Shown: positions 19,815-29,566, counted from the first letter of the stretch. The stretch is DNA of 64,000 nucleotides from Fibrobacteria bacterium (GCA_043745805.1 JAYTSD010000031.1:82731-146730), one strand, 5' to 3'. The notes: generated from the sequence alone by a model not told the origin. Numbers and translations: made by a program.

Positions 19815-20323
19815 TATGGTTTAGGTGGCTTTGTATTTGTAGATAGTTGTGCAACTTGCATACGTAATTCTTCGATCTCGTCATGCTGTTTGCGATTTTC
19901 TTCAATAAGCTCTTGATTCTTAAGCTCACTGGTTTTTGCTTCGGCATCGAGTTCACGATTTTCGTATAAACAAATACGGTTTTCCGGATGTTGCGACAAA
20001 AGCAAAAGGCGAATACATTCCTTTTCGTCTCTTGGGCAATAACCTTCCTTGGGAATCTCGTACATATCCGAAGGTGTTTCACGGTTAAATCCGGTCACAC
20101 TAAATTCGGAATAACCAGGCCAAAGAATGCCACGAATACCACCGGAATAAAACTGCTTACGGTTTGGAACGAATTTAATGAAGTCCGTCTTTGGATCGCG
20201 ACCAAATTCCTTTTTCCAGCCAGCAAGCTTCCTTTTGTTCTCCGGAGAAAAATCAAGCGTGTTACCGTAACTCAAAGTAGTACCGAGCGTAATTAATTCT
20301 GCATGTTTTTGTGGATTAAACAT
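19814..20323 (-). CDS. Phage hypothetical protein
   Basis: 169 aa with C-terminal coiled coil. Confidence 0.6.
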   Translation of the reverse strand: MFNPQKHAELITLGTTLSYGNTLDFSPENKRKLAGWKKEFGRDPKTDFIKFVPNRKQFYSGGIRGILWPGYSEFSVTGFNRETPSDMYEIPKEGYCPRDEKECIRLLLLSQHPENRICLYENRELDAEAKTSELKNQELIEENRKQHDEIEELRMQVAQLSTNTKPPKP

Positions 20324-20572
20324 TTAAGCCTCGACTTTTTCTTGTGGAAGAATTGCTTTGAGTCGTTCTATTTCCGCTTCGTGAAAAGCGATTTGTGAGG
20401 GGATTTCTGCGTGTTCATAATTCACGTCGGTGATGTGCATGAGAGGATTTTTTACATAACCTTCGAGTTCTTTCTCGTCGGATCTGTTGTCAGGCGTAAA
20501 GCCTTCCGGCTTAATGGTAAACTTGCCGATTATGGTAGTTTTGCCTTTGTGTGTTGGATAAAATGTTTTCAT
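20324..20572 (-). CDS. Phage hypothetical protein
   Basis: 82-aa ORF with AAGG RBS, after the terminator. Confidence 0.6.
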   Translation of the reverse strand: MKTFYPTHKGKTTIIGKFTIKPEGFTPDNRSDEKELEGYVKNPLMHITDVNYEHAEIPSQIAFHEAEIERLKAILPQEKVEA

Positions 20573-20583
20573 GTTACCTTTCT

Positions 20584-20609
20584 AAAAAACCCCTAGGTTA
20601 CCCTAGGGG
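20584..20609 (-). terminator. Intrinsic terminator closing the capsid transcript
   Basis: Minus strand reads cccctagg-GTAA-cctagggg followed by TTTTTT. Confidence 0.85.
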
Positions 20610-20632
20610 AGAGTGTTTTTGTTACTAATCGA

Positions 20633-21220
20633 TTACCGAGCAAATCCCTTGCGCGTATAGGTTATCCTACACCTTGGGATATTCTTCGCAATTGCCCCAT
20701 TGTTAACAAGTCGCCATCGAATAAACCTATGGTCGATTGTTTTCAGTGGAGGACGTAGCACAGTGGTTACCACTAGGTTAACATCCGAGGCTTTTGTGAT
20801 TGTGACATTATTAACCGAATCCCATGCAGTACTACCAGCACGCAATGGATTTAACCCATCGGACGCAACTAGCGATTGCTGAGTGGTAAGGCTCACTATA
20901 ACCGAATCGGTTACGGCTGCCGAATCGGTTACGTCATAGCATGACAAAACAACATTCCCGATTTTCGTGGTGTCAACAAGTGGTTTACCCACTGAATCGC
21001 CAACGAGCAAAGGAATCTTGAACATATCAAATGCCTGAGTGTAAATAGTGTCACCGATTGCCATTTGTGCATCGAGCACAAAGTAAGCGAACCCGCCGGT
21101 ACCATATTCGTAAGAAGACGTTACCGTAACAGGTGCGTTTTGTGGCGTGGTGCCATTAAAATAAGTGGCACCCATAACCAACGAAGATAGAAGAAGGATA
21201 AATCCAAGTAATTTTTTCAT
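20633..21220 (-). CDS. Sec signal-peptide protein immediately after the major capsid gene (decoration-protein position)
   Basis: MKKLLGFILLLSSLVMG|A leader; GAGG RBS; jelly-roll-like 'RFIRWRL' end; 6 D-[S/T]-[AIVT] motifs. Confidence 0.78.
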   Translation of the reverse strand: MKKLLGFILLLSSLVMGATYFNGTTPQNAPVTVTSSYEYGTGGFAYFVLDAQMAIGDTIYTQAFDMFKIPLLVGDSVGKPLVDTTKIGNVVLSCYDVTDSAAVTDSVIVSLTTQQSLVASDGLNPLRAGSTAWDSVNNVTITKASDVNLVVTTVLRPPLKTIDHRFIRWRLVNNGAIAKNIPRCRITYTRKGFAR

Positions 21221-21230
21221 TATCGACCTC

Positions 21231-22478
21231 TTACTTTCTGATATTGGTTAACAAGGTGACTGCTTTAGGATCAGAGCATAAAAGCCCTTCTACCACGTAC
21301 ATGGCCGCTCTATCTACCCAATCGGTTCCCAATATTTTCATGTCGGTATCTTCTTGCAAATCCATGTTTTGTAAGTACATGCGAGTTAACAAGTCGGGTT
21401 GAAAACCAATAGCTTGGCCGCGACGAGCTTGCTTGTTCATAAATTCCGAAGGAATTAAATGAACCGTACCGCTCGGTACTTCCAAGTCAATGATTTTTTG
21501 ACGATAGGCTTCTTTTTGCTCTGTGATGCGCGTTTGCTTTTGAGCATAAGAGGTAAACGTGGTCATAACGTCATTGCCGCAAAGCATATAAACGTCCATT
21601 CCCGCGCCGCCTTGGCGACACGCAGGAACAAGGCCACGGGAGAAATCATCCCACGCTAAAGTGCCGTCTTGTGAGTTGTTATTATAGACGGAACCCGCCC
21701 ACCATTCCAAACCACCGGCAATAAGAGCACGAGTAGATCCACTGCCAATAGTTGCCTTTTGGCCTGCAATCATCCCGCCTTCACGCATACGATTTAAATC
21801 CACGTTCTTACGAGCCATTTCTTTTTCGTAATCGGAATTTGGTTTTTCGCCGCCTGCAAACAATTGCACGTTCTTTTGTAATGGTCCTTGGGCCATCCAT
21901 TGGATCATGAATTGCAAGTTATTGATGCGGTTAATTGGTTCGCGGTTTGTGCCATTCGCAGCCGAAGGACCGTCACCGTTTGCATTACCAATTTTTTCGA
22001 AATACTTAATGGATGAATCAGAAGTCATCGCCACGGTTCCACCGGCACTTAAATAAGTACACAGGGCGGTTACCTGTGTTTGCGAGTCAATGGAAACAAC
22101 TCTGAATTGAGTGGTTTGATCCACTTTGTTCAGCATGTCATTAGCTTGAATACCAGAGGTATCATCCAATAACAAAACAGAATTCGATCCTTGTGTCGTG
22201 TTCACGTTCGCTGTTAAGCGAAATTCAGTTGGCGCAACTTCGAAATCGTATAGTTCCGGTGTAAGGGTCCAAGATTTTTCGGACTTAATGCGAGCTTTCG
22301 CATCCGTTATTTTCCCGTCGTTCATGACGGCTTTTCCACCTAAGAGAGTTAGAAATGGGAACATATCATAACTGATTAAGTTCCCCTCCAAGACTTGGCG
22401 CACTTGACGTGCGTCCGATCTTCCGGCCAGCTTTCTGGCATTTTCCAACGTCCCTGCGGTCGCTGTAACATCAGACAT
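21231..22478 (-). CDS. Major capsid protein (SU10/DUF5309-like HK97 fold)
   Basis: 415 aa after portal and scaffold; 'N.LQFMI', 'AGGL', 'GTVHLIPSEFM' and 'YVVEGL' features. Confidence 0.8.
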   Translation of the reverse strand: MSDVTATAGTLENARKLAGRSDARQVRQVLEGNLISYDMFPFLTLLGGKAVMNDGKITDAKARIKSEKSWTLTPELYDFEVAPTEFRLTANVNTTQGSNSVLLLDDTSGIQANDMLNKVDQTTQFRVVSIDSQTQVTALCTYLSAGGTVAMTSDSSIKYFEKIGNANGDGPSAANGTNREPINRINNLQFMIQWMAQGPLQKNVQLFAGGEKPNSDYEKEMARKNVDLNRMREGGMIAGQKATIGSGSTRALIAGGLEWWAGSVYNNNSQDGTLAWDDFSRGLVPACRQGGAGMDVYMLCGNDVMTTFTSYAQKQTRITEQKEAYRQKIIDLEVPSGTVHLIPSEFMNKQARRGQAIGFQPDLLTRMYLQNMDLQEDTDMKILGTDWVDRAAMYVVEGLLCSDPKAVTLLTNIRK

Positions 22479-22491
22479 AAATAATTACTCC

Positions 22492-23553
22492 TTATCCGTG
22501 ACGAGCGGACCAACGGCTAGCCATTACAGACTCACCCGATCCAGCCTCAGCGGAATTGTTTTTTGATTGTGCGCCGATACCTTGAGCGTTACCGGACTTA
22601 CGCTTTTGAGTCATTGCCTCATCCACACCTTTTTGTACTCCATCTTCCACGGCCTTGTCGTAGTTTTCAGCAAGCTTGAGCGCCTTACCAATCTTCGCCC
22701 AAGCTTTTACATGCTCAGGAGTTAATGCGATATGCGCTAAGCTTAGACCGTAACTTCCAAGTAACTGACCTGGCTCGGTAAGGCCTTGAATGTGATTGTC
22801 GAAAATCTCTTGATCCTCTGGATTCTGTGCTATGTGGGCGTGATAGGTTTTATCAGCAGTAGCATAAAATTCCTTTGTAGCTTCAGCCGGCGTTTTCCCT
22901 TTTCCTAAAGCATCTTCGACAGCTGCCTTGGTACTAAGTTCTTGAATGCCGCCCATGCGCTTATTCAGCCAAGCGGTAGAGGTACCGTCTTTATCTTCGC
23001 CGTTAAAGGCGCGCTGAATATGGCTAAAGAGTTCCGCTTCATCCTTCGCTTGTTCGGAGTATGTTTTCGCAACGGGAATTTCAGGCAACCCGTTGCTTTT
23101 TCGCCACTCATTAATCGACTTTGGATCGGATGACAAGACTTTTTGAAAGGTCGTCTGCCGATTGTTCAACAAAGATTTTTCTTGATTGACGCGCGTGTGT
23201 GATTGTTCGAGCTCGCTATATCCCTTCAATACTGTGGGAGTGAAATCTTTCGACTTATGATCCCATTTCTTATTTTTGATAAGCGACTCGTGCGGTTTGT
23301 ACTCATCGGGGAATTCTGCCCTTTCATCCGCAACGGGGCTGGCCTGCCCATTTGCGGAAGCGGTTGTAGCTCCCTGTTTTTCCTTGCCGGTTGTGCCATC
23401 CAATTTTGCGCCGCTTGCGTCTCCCGATTTATCGATAGTTGATGTATCGGAGGCTTTCGCTTGTTCCGTTTTATCACTAGCCGATAACTGATCAACGTGG
23501 CTTTGTCGCATCGTAGCGATAGCAACTTCTGGTGATGCCATAAAATCTGACAT
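22492..23553 (-). CDS. Capsid scaffolding protein
   Basis: Disordered acidic N-terminus, 'KGYSELEQ' motif, helical; lies between portal and capsid genes. Confidence 0.7.
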   Translation of the reverse strand: MSDFMASPEVAIATMRQSHVDQLSASDKTEQAKASDTSTIDKSGDASGAKLDGTTGKEKQGATTASANGQASPVADERAEFPDEYKPHESLIKNKKWDHKSKDFTPTVLKGYSELEQSHTRVNQEKSLLNNRQTTFQKVLSSDPKSINEWRKSNGLPEIPVAKTYSEQAKDEAELFSHIQRAFNGEDKDGTSTAWLNKRMGGIQELSTKAAVEDALGKGKTPAEATKEFYATADKTYHAHIAQNPEDQEIFDNHIQGLTEPGQLLGSYGLSLAHIALTPEHVKAWAKIGKALKLAENYDKAVEDGVQKGVDEAMTQKRKSGNAQGIGAQSKNNSAEAGSGESVMASRWSARHG

Positions 23554-23562
23554 GCAATTCTC

Positions 23563-23934
23563 CTAATCTGGAAAAGCTGGCACATCCCAAGGGTCTTGAT
23601 CCAAGTCCTCTGGTCTATGTGTTTCGCTTTTCTCTTTTGGTTTAAGTTTGTTAATGGTTTTTAAAGCCTTAATAGGCATCTCAATGAGCAGGGTTAGCGC
23701 CTTTATTTCGCTGGATATACCAACACATGCCAGACCGTAACTTCCAAGTTCATCTTGAGAACGTGGACGCGGTATTTTTTCGAGTAAGCGTCTACGATCA
23801 TCCCGAAGAGAAATGAGAAAACGGAAATACTCCGGCTTTTCACTGAGAGCTTTTGATAATACCTGTAAATCCTCAGGAGTTATACTTTCGCTAAGCGGCT
23901 TGTAAGGCTGCTTGCGGAATAGGTTGTTGAACAC
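23563..23934 (-). CDS. Small head-module protein
   Basis: 123 aa between portal and scaffold genes; overlaps the portal 3' end by 44 bp. Confidence 0.6.
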   Translation of the reverse strand: MFNNLFRKQPYKPLSESITPEDLQVLSKALSEKPEYFRFLISLRDDRRRLLEKIPRPRSQDELGSYGLACVGISSEIKALTLLIEMPIKALKTINKLKPKEKSETHRPEDLDQDPWDVPAFPD

Positions 23935-25792
23935 TATTCATTCCTCCCTGTGGTTGAGGTGGTAAAGTATTCGGTGGAAGCTGTGGCGGCATAGCGCTGG
24001 GTGCTCCCATGGTTAATTCTGGTTTTGTTGGTTCGGGTATAAATTCATCTACCGTATCAATACCAAGGCGCTTACCATAATCGCGAACGGCTTTTACTAG
24101 CACTTCCGGAGATGATAACTGAGGCGCAAGCTTGAATACGCTTTGGTAAAAGTTGTAATACTTTAATGCCTCTGAGTCCCTGTCACGGGTAACATCATCG
24201 TTAATGCGGAAATCTGTGTTTTCTAAAAATGCACGTTGGTGATTGTTGTCGAGCCGAATCGCCTTGCCATCTTTAGACGTGGCCATAAGCTGCTGAGGGG
24301 AGAAGAACAAAAGCCCCTGCATAGTGAGAAACCGAATTTCAGGCAGAAGCGCATCGTCGGAAATTCTTTTGCATGTTGCGCGAATCTTTTTAGCGCCTTG
24401 TGATTTTAAAATTGCCGCTTGCGTTGCGGTGTTATCGCCCCTACTGTTTTGTGCATCAAGACCAAGCTCTTGATCCGTTTGGCCTACAGCTTGACGGTCA
24501 TGGTCTAGGAATTGTTGAATGAGTTGTAAATCTTGAAGCGAACCGCTACGGTTATCGCCCAACATTTCGGGAACGCGCTTACTCTTATCGCCCGCAATTA
24601 AAAATGTGTTTTGTCCACGAGGGTTATAAAAGTCGTTTGGATCAAGTAAAGCCTCCTCATCAACGTACCAATAGCGATGCATTGCGTCGATTTGATTTTC
24701 TATCGAAAGATTTAAGAGTAAATCACCGATCCTTTGGTGGTCTCGCATCCCATCCAGAAAAGAACGGGAGAAAGGTGATGAGCGATAGCCGTGGCTCTTG
24801 GCGTGTGTCATCGAATCAAAAAGGCTACCTAGTTGATCCTCGGCGAGTCTTAAGGTTAAATTATTCGTGCCCTCATATATGTAAACAGCTGGATCGCCAT
24901 AATATCCTTTGCAACCAGATAGCGAACCTTTGTAATAAATCACATCCACATAAGGCAGCTTTGTAGTTGTATCGCGCTTTATATCTCCATCGTTGATGTC
25001 TTGGCCGGAGTTTTCGGGATAATCTTTATCTTTATCGATTTGTTGTTTTGCAAATGAAGCTTTAAGCTTCTTTATCGCATCTGGGTTATATACTGGCTGC
25101 TTGTCTTCCGTTACCTTTTGCTCAGCTGCATAAACATCTTGTAAATACCAGCGCTTCATATACCCTTGATATGGGAAATCCGAACCCATATCAAGCGGAC
25201 CAAACCAAGCGTAAGGGTGTAGCCTGCGTGATACCGGCTTGTTGCCGATGGTTGACCAAGTGGATTCGAAGCTTATCCCGCTCGAAGTTTGCTTGTTGCC
25301 TGGACGTAACTTGTAACCCTCACTGTATGAGAAGTCACCATAAGCAGGAGACCAACCGTAATCAGGGATGTAGTCTAAACGGCCATACAGCATTTTTTTA
25401 TAGCCGATTTGGCGAAGCATATTATTCATGAAGTCTTGTAATTCGCTGCAATACCGCTTTGCCTCTGCTCCGCCATGCTGTGGCGTGAGGTAAACCCATT
25501 CGTCGAGGTCGAAAATGTCATGAAGTGAATCGCGATAATTATCAAAGGCGGCACGAAACATGCCTTGGCGAAATCCGAACTTCGTAACCTTCTTGCCTTT
25601 TTCCCAAAGCTGATTAATCAAATACTTTGAGGTTTCGCAGCGACTCTTATAGTTCTTAAATCCTTGTGAGCCGTAGAATTCAGATTTGATACTGTTCACA
25701 TATTCGCGTACGTTTTTATCATCGTCTTTCGCTTCGAAAGCTTTGTCGGATGGAAGCTTGAGGGAATAATCTGCCGTCTTAGCGTTTGGCAT
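23891..25792 (-). CDS. Portal protein
   Basis: 633 aa after terL; 'NTATQAAIL' motif and P/Q-rich tail typical of podophage portals. Confidence 0.82.
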   Translation of the reverse strand: MPNAKTADYSLKLPSDKAFEAKDDDKNVREYVNSIKSEFYGSQGFKNYKSRCETSKYLINQLWEKGKKVTKFGFRQGMFRAAFDNYRDSLHDIFDLDEWVYLTPQHGGAEAKRYCSELQDFMNNMLRQIGYKKMLYGRLDYIPDYGWSPAYGDFSYSEGYKLRPGNKQTSSGISFESTWSTIGNKPVSRRLHPYAWFGPLDMGSDFPYQGYMKRWYLQDVYAAEQKVTEDKQPVYNPDAIKKLKASFAKQQIDKDKDYPENSGQDINDGDIKRDTTTKLPYVDVIYYKGSLSGCKGYYGDPAVYIYEGTNNLTLRLAEDQLGSLFDSMTHAKSHGYRSSPFSRSFLDGMRDHQRIGDLLLNLSIENQIDAMHRYWYVDEEALLDPNDFYNPRGQNTFLIAGDKSKRVPEMLGDNRSGSLQDLQLIQQFLDHDRQAVGQTDQELGLDAQNSRGDNTATQAAILKSQGAKKIRATCKRISDDALLPEIRFLTMQGLLFFSPQQLMATSKDGKAIRLDNNHQRAFLENTDFRINDDVTRDRDSEALKYYNFYQSVFKLAPQLSSPEVLVKAVRDYGKRLGIDTVDEFIPEPTKPELTMGAPSAMPPQLPPNTLPPQPQGGMNSVQQPIPQAALQAA

Positions 25793-27573
25793 TAGTTTTC
25801 CATTCCTTCATAAACCACGCCACCACGGACGCGGCCCATTATAGTCCTGTTGATTTTTTCACGTAACTTATTAGCGTTCTGAAATTCTTTGATGGGTATT
25901 TCTTTTGTAGGAGCGGGCAAGGCTTCATTTATGCAGCATCCACCAGCAAGGTTCATCACTCGGTCATCGGTATAACCAATGGAAGCACATGGCTTGCCGT
26001 TCTCGTCATAAACAAACTGTTGACACTCGTCAAAAAAGTCTTCGTCCCAAATCGTCAACGTACGAGATTCGATACCGTAACGCACAAGAGAAAGAGAAGC
26101 GTCCCGATTTCTTCCCCAGATTAAACCAAAGCCATCCCTATCAGTGCGCCAATTATCATCACTCGCCTTTTCCGGATCGCTGTAGTTTCTGCGCCTGTGG
26201 TAAATCATTTCAAGCGGGTAACCGGATTCTAAAACATAAGGGCGAACTTCTGCGCCTATTCCCGTCGCATCCCATCCAAGGTATGCGTTGAAGTAATATT
26301 CAGCAAGCAGCACCAAGTTTTCGGCATTGGACATAGCGCCTAAGAGGCCATAGGATTTTGCCACAACTTTGTTTGCAACTCTATCGATTACGTAAACCGA
26401 ATCGGGATCGCTATTTGGATTTCCTGCACCTACGTCACTAATTGCCAAATAGCGCCCGATCCATCCGTCGCGCGGTAACTCGTAAATATGAAATGTGTTT
26501 TTCTCGGTGGCCCGAACTGGTTTTGGGCGTTGGCCGTTTTGGCGCATGAGGCCCATGATTACCGGCGGCTGGGCTTCGTTGCGTAACTTGGCCGCTTCTT
26601 TTTCTAGTCGAATAATTTTTGGATTAAAAAAGTTACTGCCACTCTCTTCGAATGCTTCTTCGAATGTTGCTGGCCACTCGCGTTTAAATTGTTTGACAGG
26701 CGAAAGCGCTTTGCTTCGCTTCGGGTCGTTAATCAAATCAGAAAGTTTTTTTCGGCGCCACATAATGGTTTCTGGCAATGCACCGAGAGACAAAAGGCGT
26801 TCCTCTTCTTCATCGATCGGGCCGCGATAATTTTTTGCGTCCGATCGGTATTCTTCATGATGCAGGAGGCCAGAGAACTTTAAAACCTTGTCGCCAAGAA
26901 CCCACACGCGACCTTGTACAACCTCTTCGCCTTTGTTGTATATATTCATGCAACCAGCATGAAACGCACCGCTTGGCCCATTACTGGTTGATTCAAGGGT
27001 TAATACTGCATGCTCAGGCATCGACCCGATAATTCCCTGTAGTAACACATCGAGATAGAGAATGTATGCAGCCTCAGTAATATGAATCCAATCGGGAGTA
27101 GTGGATCGACCCTTCTTACTAGAAACCGCTTCACTTGCTCCAGCTGTTGCAATGCGTACAAGGCTTTTATTGTCTTTGTACTTTATGGCAGTGGTAGTGT
27201 TACGCTCCTTCTCGCCTTTGACTGCATCCGGCAAGTTGTCGTCCATGTCCTTCAGCTTATCAAATAGAACGGGCGCGGCAAACTCTTCATGGGCAAGGAT
27301 TAACGCTTCAAAGTTGTTACGGAAACGTGCGCGGTACAATGCGCGGGCAATGTGTAATGTGGTTCGGCCCTCTTGCCTTACCTTTACTTCATAGTTGATG
27401 TGTCCGGTATAATTAATCGACAGCTTTTGACTATCGTGCAGCTTAATTAAATGGCGTTCCTTTTTCTTATCCACAATATGGATACAGCTTTCAACACCTA
27501 AAACTTCATCGTCGCGATACGTTTCGAGCTCCTTAATAAGCTCTAATTCATCGGGGGCAAAATTATTCGACAC
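25792..27573 (-). CDS. terL: Terminase large subunit
   Basis: KVRQEGRTT (Walker A-like), IHITEAA (Walker B), LESTSNG coupling motif, FKREWP, SDVGAG and TDDRVM nuclease acidic residues. Confidence 0.9.
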   Translation of the reverse strand: MSNNFAPDELELIKELETYRDDEVLGVESCIHIVDKKKERHLIKLHDSQKLSINYTGHINYEVKVRQEGRTTLHIARALYRARFRNNFEALILAHEEFAAPVLFDKLKDMDDNLPDAVKGEKERNTTTAIKYKDNKSLVRIATAGASEAVSSKKGRSTTPDWIHITEAAYILYLDVLLQGIIGSMPEHAVLTLESTSNGPSGAFHAGCMNIYNKGEEVVQGRVWVLGDKVLKFSGLLHHEEYRSDAKNYRGPIDEEEERLLSLGALPETIMWRRKKLSDLINDPKRSKALSPVKQFKREWPATFEEAFEESGSNFFNPKIIRLEKEAAKLRNEAQPPVIMGLMRQNGQRPKPVRATEKNTFHIYELPRDGWIGRYLAISDVGAGNPNSDPDSVYVIDRVANKVVAKSYGLLGAMSNAENLVLLAEYYFNAYLGWDATGIGAEVRPYVLESGYPLEMIYHRRRNYSDPEKASDDNWRTDRDGFGLIWGRNRDASLSLVRYGIESRTLTIWDEDFFDECQQFVYDENGKPCASIGYTDDRVMNLAGGCCINEALPAPTKEIPIKEFQNANKLREKINRTIMGRVRGGVVYEGMEN

Positions 27574-27907
27574 GAGTCTTTTCCGCGTTGAATTCGACGT
27601 CTATATAAAGCCAGCCGATTTGCGGGCTAGTAAATCCAACTCCGCGATCTCCATTTGATGGCTGTGCTAGAAATGCTTTCGTGGGCTTTTTTCCGGTGGC
27701 CTTATGAAACTCGACGGCCAAATGATTAAGCTCCGCGTTTGAAATCGCTTGGCGGCCACCGACTCGAATTCCGTGCAAATTATAAACAGGCTTAGGATGT
27801 AACCTTTGACCGAGTTCATTAAATCCTGAATTGTTAGCTCCATAGGCTGTAGTGGTTGGCTCACCGTGTGACTCCCATGGACTTGGTTCTACTTCCATAC
27901 TGTTCAT
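27563..27907 (-). CDS. Phage hypothetical protein
   Basis: 114-aa ORF overlapping neighbours. Confidence 0.55.
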   Translation of the reverse strand: MNSMEVEPSPWESHGEPTTTAYGANNSGFNELGQRLHPKPVYNLHGIRVGGRQAISNAELNHLAVEFHKATGKKPTKAFLAQPSNGDRGVGFTSPQIGWLYIDVEFNAEKTRVE

Positions 27908-28200
27908 AGGTCAGCATGGCTTTCTACCAATGACTCTGGCGTCGCTTCTGATATTGGGGCGATACGAGCCTCAGGATTGTTGTTAAGGAATTTCATAGCG
28001 GTGAAAAACTGCCTGTGCAAGTTGTCCACTACGTCATGAATTTGTTTTGTGTTGGTTATTTTACGAGTTGATACAGCGGCTATCTTTAGCCCTCGAAAAT
28101 GAAACTCATAAGTCTCGTCTTCCAAGTTCTTGATAACCGTGATGTTACGAATTACTTGCGGTTCTTCTGGTCTAAATACTTGGTCAATGCCTATTTGCAT
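27904..28200 (-). CDS. Phage hypothetical protein
   Basis: 98-aa ORF overlapping neighbours. Confidence 0.55.
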   Translation of the reverse strand: MQIGIDQVFRPEEPQVIRNITVIKNLEDETYEFHFRGLKIAAVSTRKITNTKQIHDVVDNLHRQFFTAMKFLNNNPEARIAPISEATPESLVESHADL

Positions 28201-28658
28201 TTGACCTCAACGCGGCGATTTAGATTATCATCATTGGAAGCTGGCTTTTCTTCTCCATAACTGATTACAAATAATTCCGCGTTGACATTGGCGTTAATGA
28301 GATAGTTTTGTACTGCCTGAGCTCTCGCAAGCCCAAGAGCGTAATTGTAAACCTCGTCACCTACTTGGTCGGCATGACCTTCGATAATGCAATGGTTTTT
28401 TGCGTTATCCGCGATTAGGCGAAGTGTACTTTGTTCGCTTGCCTTAATTATCGATTGGTTAAAATCAAAATAAACAGTGGGTAACGTGAATTGTTTATCG
28501 GCACCCTCCGTGCTTTCGGTTTCGTTAAATGTGTGGCCGCCCTCGTCCTGCTTGTCGGTTTTAATTTGCGATTGATGATCAGGAACCAAAGGGACGACCA
28601 AGTTTTTAAGTGCACAGCTGCACATGAGTAACGCTAGTGTTACATAGACTAATTTCAT
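28191..28658 (-). CDS. OmpA/Pal-like peptidoglycan-binding lipoprotein
   Basis: Lipoprotein leader (LLMCSC); VYFDFNQS, IEGHAD..G...YN..LGLARA..V, SYGEEKP and NRRVE motifs. Confidence 0.9.
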   Translation of the reverse strand: MKLVYVTLALLMCSCALKNLVVPLVPDHQSQIKTDKQDEGGHTFNETESTEGADKQFTLPTVYFDFNQSIIKASEQSTLRLIADNAKNHCIIEGHADQVGDEVYNYALGLARAQAVQNYLINANVNAELFVISYGEEKPASNDDNLNRRVEVKCK

Positions 28659-28909
28659 TATTTCTTTGCCTTTGCTGGTTTTTCTCTTAAAGTTGCTAGC
28701 ACGCGGTTTGCTATTGTTTCAGTAGACCCGAGTTTTCGAATTGCATCATTGGCGGCGAAAAGCTTATCGTCCAGTTCCTTAATGCGACCGGCTTGGGTCT
28801 CTATGGTGGTGTTTAGCTCAATAGTCTTGTCCAAAAGGATTTGAAAGTTCTCGTCGAGCCATTCAATAGACAGTCCCTCTTTTTTTTCCGAAAATTTATG
28901 CCAGCTCAT
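28658..28909 (-). CDS. Coiled-coil phage hypothetical protein
   Basis: 83-aa ORF coupled to neighbours. Confidence 0.55.
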   Translation of the reverse strand: MSWHKFSEKKEGLSIEWLDENFQILLDKTIELNTTIETQAGRIKELDDKLFAANDAIRKLGSTETIANRVLATLREKPAKAKK

Positions 28910-29439
28910 TTTTTACCTTTGCGAACCCAGTCCATAATCGCGACCATTTTGTTTTCTGTCTCAGTTGGCTTCTTCATTGCCAATACGTCGATAGCCATCT
29001 TAAGCCCGTCAGCATTGGCGCTACGGTCGGGTACTAATTCGAAATCTCTACCTAAAATTGTTGCGGTTTCTGTACCGTTTTCCTGTGTTTTTTCCTTGGC
29101 ATAATCGGGTTTGGCGTATGTTAATAGCGCCCCTTTCTTACCTTCGCGTATAAAACTCTTAGCGTGTATCAGTTTTACTATGCCTTCTGCTACTAAGGCC
29201 TTGGTAAGTCCGGCGTTAGCGGCGTAGTCTTCTGTACTCTTTTGCTCAATTTGTACCAACTTCTCAGCGTACTTGCCTTTTTTCCATTGGCCGTTTTCTG
29301 GATCGGGTAATCCACGCTTGCACCAGTTGGCAATGGTGTTTGGCGCACGTTTTAGCTTGGCTGCAATGTCGCGTAATGGTAAGCCACGGCTTTCATGCAT
29401 GTTACGCGCTTTGGCTTGTACTTTTATATCGTCCTTCAC
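28906..29439 (-). CDS. Probable terminase small subunit (N-terminal HTH)
   Basis: LRDIAAKLKRAPNTIANW HTH; first gene of the late operon; GTG start. Confidence 0.65.
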   Translation of the reverse strand: MKDDIKVQAKARNMHESRGLPLRDIAAKLKRAPNTIANWCKRGLPDPENGQWKKGKYAEKLVQIEQKSTEDYAANAGLTKALVAEGIVKLIHAKSFIREGKKGALLTYAKPDYAKEKTQENGTETATILGRDFELVPDRSANADGLKMAIDVLAMKKPTETENKMVAIMDWVRKGKK

Positions 29440-29566
29440 AAATCGAAGAATACGAGATTTAAATCATGCTTTTAATAAATTTCGCTTGGCATGATCTGTT
29501 ATGATATGGTGGGAGTATTGATGTATTGCGCGAGTTACGGTATATTATGGCAATGGAGGGAAACAA

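Noticed and set aside
5202-29494. Numerous short + strand ORFs within the late operon (e.g. 9443, 10505, 13267, 24604, 26495)
   Set aside because: Antisense shadows of long, tightly coupled minus-strand genes with no recognisable motifs.
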